This document shows, piece after piece, positions 35,569 through 38,932 of a stretch of 38,932 bases of DNA. The stretch comes from an uncultured Deinococcales bacterium. GTDB lineage: Bacteria; Deinococcota; Deinococci; Deinococcales; JAAFIG01. A program made the translations under genes and the position numbers. The notes under the pieces were generated by a model. It was not told the origin of the DNA. It did no database searches and saw only the letters and a program-made list of their open reading frames with translations. Location of the stretch: NCBI GenBank assembly GCA_964244895.1, contig CAXTKV010000020.1, positions 1 to 38,932 of the forward strand, written 5' to 3'. How positions within the stretch are numbered: the stretch's first letter is position 1; the number at the start of each line of letters is the position of its first letter.

Positions 35569-36197
35569 AGCTTCCCGATCAGGTCTCGCAAACTCGAGGC
35601 GTGATCGAGATGCCACTGGCTGAGGGTCACGGGAACGCTCAGTTCGCGCGAAAGCGCATCGAGTTTGGCCAGGGCGTTCGCATCGCGGCAGAACACCAGG
35701 TAATCGCCGGGCGCGTAGCGCACAGGCATGGCTTCAATCGGCAGCAGACGCAACAGCAGGCTCGAGAGTTCGTCCTCGGCGCTTTCCGCGTCGGCTTCCA
35801 GGCGCACCCGCGCGACCTGACCGGAGAAGCGACCGCGCGATTGTGAGAGGGTTTCGCTGGCGACTTCCGGCAGTTTCGAGACGTAATGCGAGTCCTTGAC
35901 GATGTAATTGGCCGCGCCCGCCCGGAGCGCGTCGACGGCCAGTTTGGCATCGCTGCGGCCCGTCACAAACACGACGGGTACGTTCAGCCCCGAAATGGCG
36001 GTCAGCACCTGCATGCCATCCATGTCCGGCAATCCGTAATCGAGCAGCACCAGATCGAAACCCTGGCTGACGCTATCGATGCCTTTTTGTCCGGTGGTCA
36101 CGGTCGTCACGCTAAAGCCCGCTCGCTCCAGGACGCGGCTGGCCACGAGCGCGTGGTCAGGATTGTCCTCAATCAGTAGAATTCGGCGCGATTGCAA
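35565..36197 (-). CDS. Response regulator (REC) with short, possibly degenerate GGDEF-like C-terminal domain
   Basis: GGAGG then TTG. ILLIED, LLDYGLPDMDG, FVTG, GAANYIVK. Confidence 0.88.
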   Translation of the reverse strand: MQSRRILLIEDNPDHALVASRVLERAGFSVTTVTTGQKGIDSVSQGFDLVLLDYGLPDMDGMQVLTAISGLNVPVVFVTGRSDAKLAVDALRAGAANYIVKDSHYVSKLPEVASETLSQSRGRFSGQVARVRLEADAESAEDELSSLLLRLLPIEAMPVRYAPGDYLVFCRDANALAKLDALSRELSVPVTLSQWHLDHASSLRDLIGKL

Positions 36198-36295
36198 GGT
36201 TTCCTCCGCGATCTGAACGGTCTTTTCTCGCTCTCATGAAGAACAATTTTGAGTATACCCGAGGCGCTCTTTATCCGCGCTTTGTACCCTGATAG

Positions 36296-36420
36296 GCCGT
36301 TCAGGACGCTTTTCCTGAATTTATTCGGCTCGAGATGATCCGCATTCTTCACCCGTCAGCCACCCCACGAACACCGTCCCAGACGCGATTTTACCGAAAA
36401 GACCGTTTGGGACGATGTTT
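36296..36420. repeat. Single box plus pair with 14-bp spacer
   Basis: Boxes 36296-36310, 36373-36387 and 36402-36416. Confidence 0.75.
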
Positions 36421-36582
36421 TTGATGGTTTCTTTTCGATCTGGAACACTGGACACGCATTCATCTGGAAGTTGTTGATAGGCTTTGAGCCTCAGCGGAAC
36501 TTTTTTCCCTGAGACTTTTCGCCCCCAAACCCTTCGTCGCAACCGCGACCGACAAAACCCCGAGACGCACAAGGATGGTGAC

Positions 36583-38025
36583 ATGACAGCTTCCAGACAA
36601 ACTGCCACGACGCTGGGTCAACTCAAAACCCTGGGCTACCGCGCCAGAAGCGTCCAGGACGAAGTCCGCGAGAACCTGATCGAGAAACTCCGCAAGCGCG
36701 AAACGATCTTTCGCGGCGTGCTGGGTTACGAGGACACGGTCGTTCCGCAAGTCGTGAACGCGCTGTTGGCACAACAGAACTTTATTCTGCTGGGTCTGCG
36801 CGGACAGGCAAAATCGCGCATCCTGCGCGCCATCACGGATTTATTAGACCCGGAAGTGCCGTACATCGCCGGAACCGAACTGCACGACGATCCCATGAAC
36901 CCGATCTCGAGCGAAGCTCGCGCAATCCTGGCCGAAATGGGCGACGAGACGCCGATCGCCTGGATGCCGCGCGATTCGCGCTACGTCGAAAAGCTGGCCA
37001 CGCCGGACGTGACGGTCGCCGACCTAATCGGCGATGTCGACCCGATCAAGGCCGCACGCATGGGCAAGACGCTCGGTGACGAACTCACCATTCACTACGG
37101 CCTGCTGCCCCGCGCCAATCGCGGCATTTTTGCCGTCAACGAGTTGGCGGATCTCGCGCCGAAAGTCCAGGTCGGGTTGTTCAACATCATGCAAGAAGGC
37201 GACGTGCAGATTAAGGGCTACCCGATCCGATTGGAATTGGACGTGATGCTGGTCTTTTCCGCCAACCCGGAAGATTACACGGCGCGCGGCAAGATCGTCA
37301 CGCCGCTCAAAGACCGAATCGGTTCTGAAATCCGCACGCACTACCCGAACGATATCCAACTGGGCATGGGCATCACCAAACAGGAAGCCTGGCTGGAATC
37401 GGGCGGCAAGCTGCGCGCCGAGATTCCGGGATTCATCGCTGAAATGGTCGAGGAGATCGCGTTCCAGGCCCGCGAGGACAACCGCGTGGACAAGCAATCC
37501 GGGGTCAGCCAACGCCTGCCGATCAGCCTGATCGAACTGATCGCCTCCAACGCCGAACGCCGCGCGCTGGTCGCCGGTGACGACGTGGTGGCTCGCCCCG
37601 CCGACCTCTACGCGGGCTTGCCCGCCATCACCGGCAAGATGGAACTCGAATACGAAGGCGAGATGAAAGGCGCGGACAACATCGCCAAGGACATCATCCG
37701 CAAGGCCGCCGGAGCCGTCTACGGCAGGCGCGCCGCCCGCACCGACACGAAAAACATCGAGGATTGGTTCGAGGCCGGGAACACGCTCAACATTCCGCAA
37801 CTGGGCGGCGCGAAAGCCGCCGTCAAGGAACTCGAGAAGGTTCCTGGGCTGGTCAAGATCGCCCGCGAACTGGCTGAAGGCGCGAGCGACGCGCACACCC
37901 TTTCCGCCGCCGAATTCGTGCTGGAGGGTCTGTACGGGCGCAAGAAGGTTTCGCGCAGCGAAGAACTGGGCTACAGCGCCGCCGAACCCGAGCAGGTTAG
38001 AGGCAAGGGCGGGCGCTGGAACTAA
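36583..38025 (+). CDS. Mg-chelatase/MoxR-like AAA+ ATPase
   Basis: [53 protein letters not shown]. Start ATG 36583. Confidence 0.9.
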   Translation: MTASRQTATTLGQLKTLGYRARSVQDEVRENLIEKLRKRETIFRGVLGYEDTVVPQVVNALLAQQNFILLGLRGQAKSRILRAITDLLDPEVPYIAGTELHDDPMNPISSEARAILAEMGDETPIAWMPRDSRYVEKLATPDVTVADLIGDVDPIKAARMGKTLGDELTIHYGLLPRANRGIFAVNELADLAPKVQVGLFNIMQEGDVQIKGYPIRLELDVMLVFSANPEDYTARGKIVTPLKDRIGSEIRTHYPNDIQLGMGITKQEAWLESGGKLRAEIPGFIAEMVEEIAFQAREDNRVDKQSGVSQRLPISLIELIASNAERRALVAGDDVVARPADLYAGLPAITGKMELEYEGEMKGADNIAKDIIRKAAGAVYGRRAARTDTKNIEDWFEAGNTLNIPQLGGAKAAVKELEKVPGLVKIARELAEGASDAHTLSAAEFVLEGLYGRKKVSRSEELGYSAAEPEQVRGKGGRWN

Positions 38026-38086
38026 AAACACCGTCCCAGACGCAAATTCTGATGACTCGAGAACACCGTCCAGGACGGTGTTCTCG
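38025..38086. repeat. Paired box repeat, 20-bp spacer
   Basis: Boxes 38030-38044 and 38065-38079. Confidence 0.93.
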
Positions 38087-38127
38087 CACTTACGATTTGA
38101 GGAAAGGAAGCGGAGTACGATTCATTC

Positions 38128-38715
38128 ATGGCGCTGGCCGCTCGAAAGGACACGTACACGCTCGAGGAATATCTCGAGCTGGAGCAGGAAGCGCCCTTCA
38201 AGAGCGAGTTCGTGGACGGTCAACTGTTTGCGATGGCAGGGGCGGCGGATAACCACAACATCATCAATACGAACATCGTCACCGTCCTCCGCACCGCCGC
38301 TCGAGGCTCGAAATGCCGGGTGATGGCAAGTGACATGAAGGTGTTGCTTCGAGAACGCCCGCAGATCGGGTACTACCCGGATGTCGTTGTGGCCTGCGAC
38401 GAAACAGACCGCGAGAAGCTGTTCAGAATCCGCCCTTGCCTGGTGGTGGAAGTCCTTCCCAACAGCACAAAACGCACCGACCGCAACGAGAAGAAGCTCC
38501 ACTATCAGCGAATCTCGAGCATCAAAATGTACTTGATCGTTGACCAGAACTTGAAACGCGTCGAAGTGTGTCGGCGCTCGGAAGACGGAACCTGGCAAGC
38601 GGAAACCCTCGAGAACGAAGGCTTGATCGAACTGGAATGCCCAAACACGACGTTGACGCTCGAGCAAATGTACGAAAACCTGGACTTCTCTGAACGAAAC
38701 GAAAGGGTCGAATGA
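38128..38715 (+). CDS. Uma2-family PD-(D/E)xK-like endonuclease
   Basis: EFVDG..FAMAG...HN.I, YYPDVVV.C, LVVEVL..ST...D..EK...Y. TACGAT-N6-ATG. Confidence 0.9.
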   Translation: MALAARKDTYTLEEYLELEQEAPFKSEFVDGQLFAMAGAADNHNIINTNIVTVLRTAARGSKCRVMASDMKVLLRERPQIGYYPDVVVACDETDREKLFRIRPCLVVEVLPNSTKRTDRNEKKLHYQRISSIKMYLIVDQNLKRVEVCRRSEDGTWQAETLENEGLIELECPNTTLTLEQMYENLDFSERNERVE

Positions 38716-38932
38716 AAAGCACCCGGTACTCCAAGTACGAATCCACCCTGGACGACATCGACTCGAGCGAACTGATGGACATGATCAAGGAAGCCATCAT
38801 GGGCGCGGGCATGAACAACCCGTACGACCCGGACCCGGATGGTCGCCAGAATATGGACGAACTGCGCGAGGCGATCATGCAGGCCCTGATGGAGCGCGAC
38901 CTGATCCCGGAGGACATGCTCAAGGAAGCGCA
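38712..38932 (+). CDS. Partial CDS, probable VWA-domain partner of the AAA ATPase (runs off the window)
   Basis: ATG 38712 overlaps the Uma2 stop and the frame stays open to the window end ([28 protein letters not shown]...). The VWA call rests on recalled similarity and context; the domain itself is not in the window. Confidence 0.6.
   Translation, partial: MKSTRYSKYESTLDDIDSSELMDMIKEAIMGAGMNNPYDPDPDGRQNMDELREAIMQALMERDLIPEDMLKEA

Noticed and set aside
1612..38086. Box repeats as a CRISPR array or integron attC sites
   Set aside because: Copies are dispersed one cluster per intergenic gap, not tandem. They flank core genes in both orientations, and no cas or integrase gene is present.
1612..38086. 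Box repeats as ordinary intrinsic terminators
   Set aside because: Most lack a U-tract, several lie between divergent genes, and true terminators (3625, 29227) occur separately beside them.
38522..38923. 133-aa minus ORF
   Set aside because: Antisense to Uma2 and to the open plus-strand partial gene starting at 38712.

Overview
A GC-rich bacterial chromosomal segment, most likely Deinococcota. That assignment is inferred from many leaderless-type TANNNT-N6/8-ATG starts, the gene content and the Deinococcus-like lipoproteins. It holds about 35 CDSs. Housekeeping genes: purH, aceB, purA, lysA-like, dnaJ, meaB, rrf2-iscS, surE. Signalling genes: a multi-GAF histidine kinase, a Ser/Thr kinase-STAND ATPase-TPR protein and a REC/small protein/Crp operon. 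Exported proteins: two GH114-like hydrolases, a GH27 alpha-galactosidase, two Tat-exported ferritin-like desiccation proteins, several lipoproteins and a very basic repeat protein. A YcaQ-like glycosylase and an AAA ATPase/Uma2/VWA cluster complete the set. No rRNA, tRNA, CRISPR array, integrase or transposase was seen. The most striking signal is non-coding: almost every intergenic gap carries a 15-bp quasi-palindromic box (ACCGTCC-N-GGACGGT, usually flanked by AAC/GTT). The boxes mostly occur as pairs whose spacers differ in sequence but cluster at 10-11 or 20-21 bp (18 of 22 pairs), one helical turn apart. This points to a dsDNA-binding or chromosome-organising system rather than a simple RNA hairpin. 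The hexamer CTCGAG is also roughly ten-fold over-represented in the part counted (HIP-like). All counts are manual and all family assignments come from motif recognition, not database searches.
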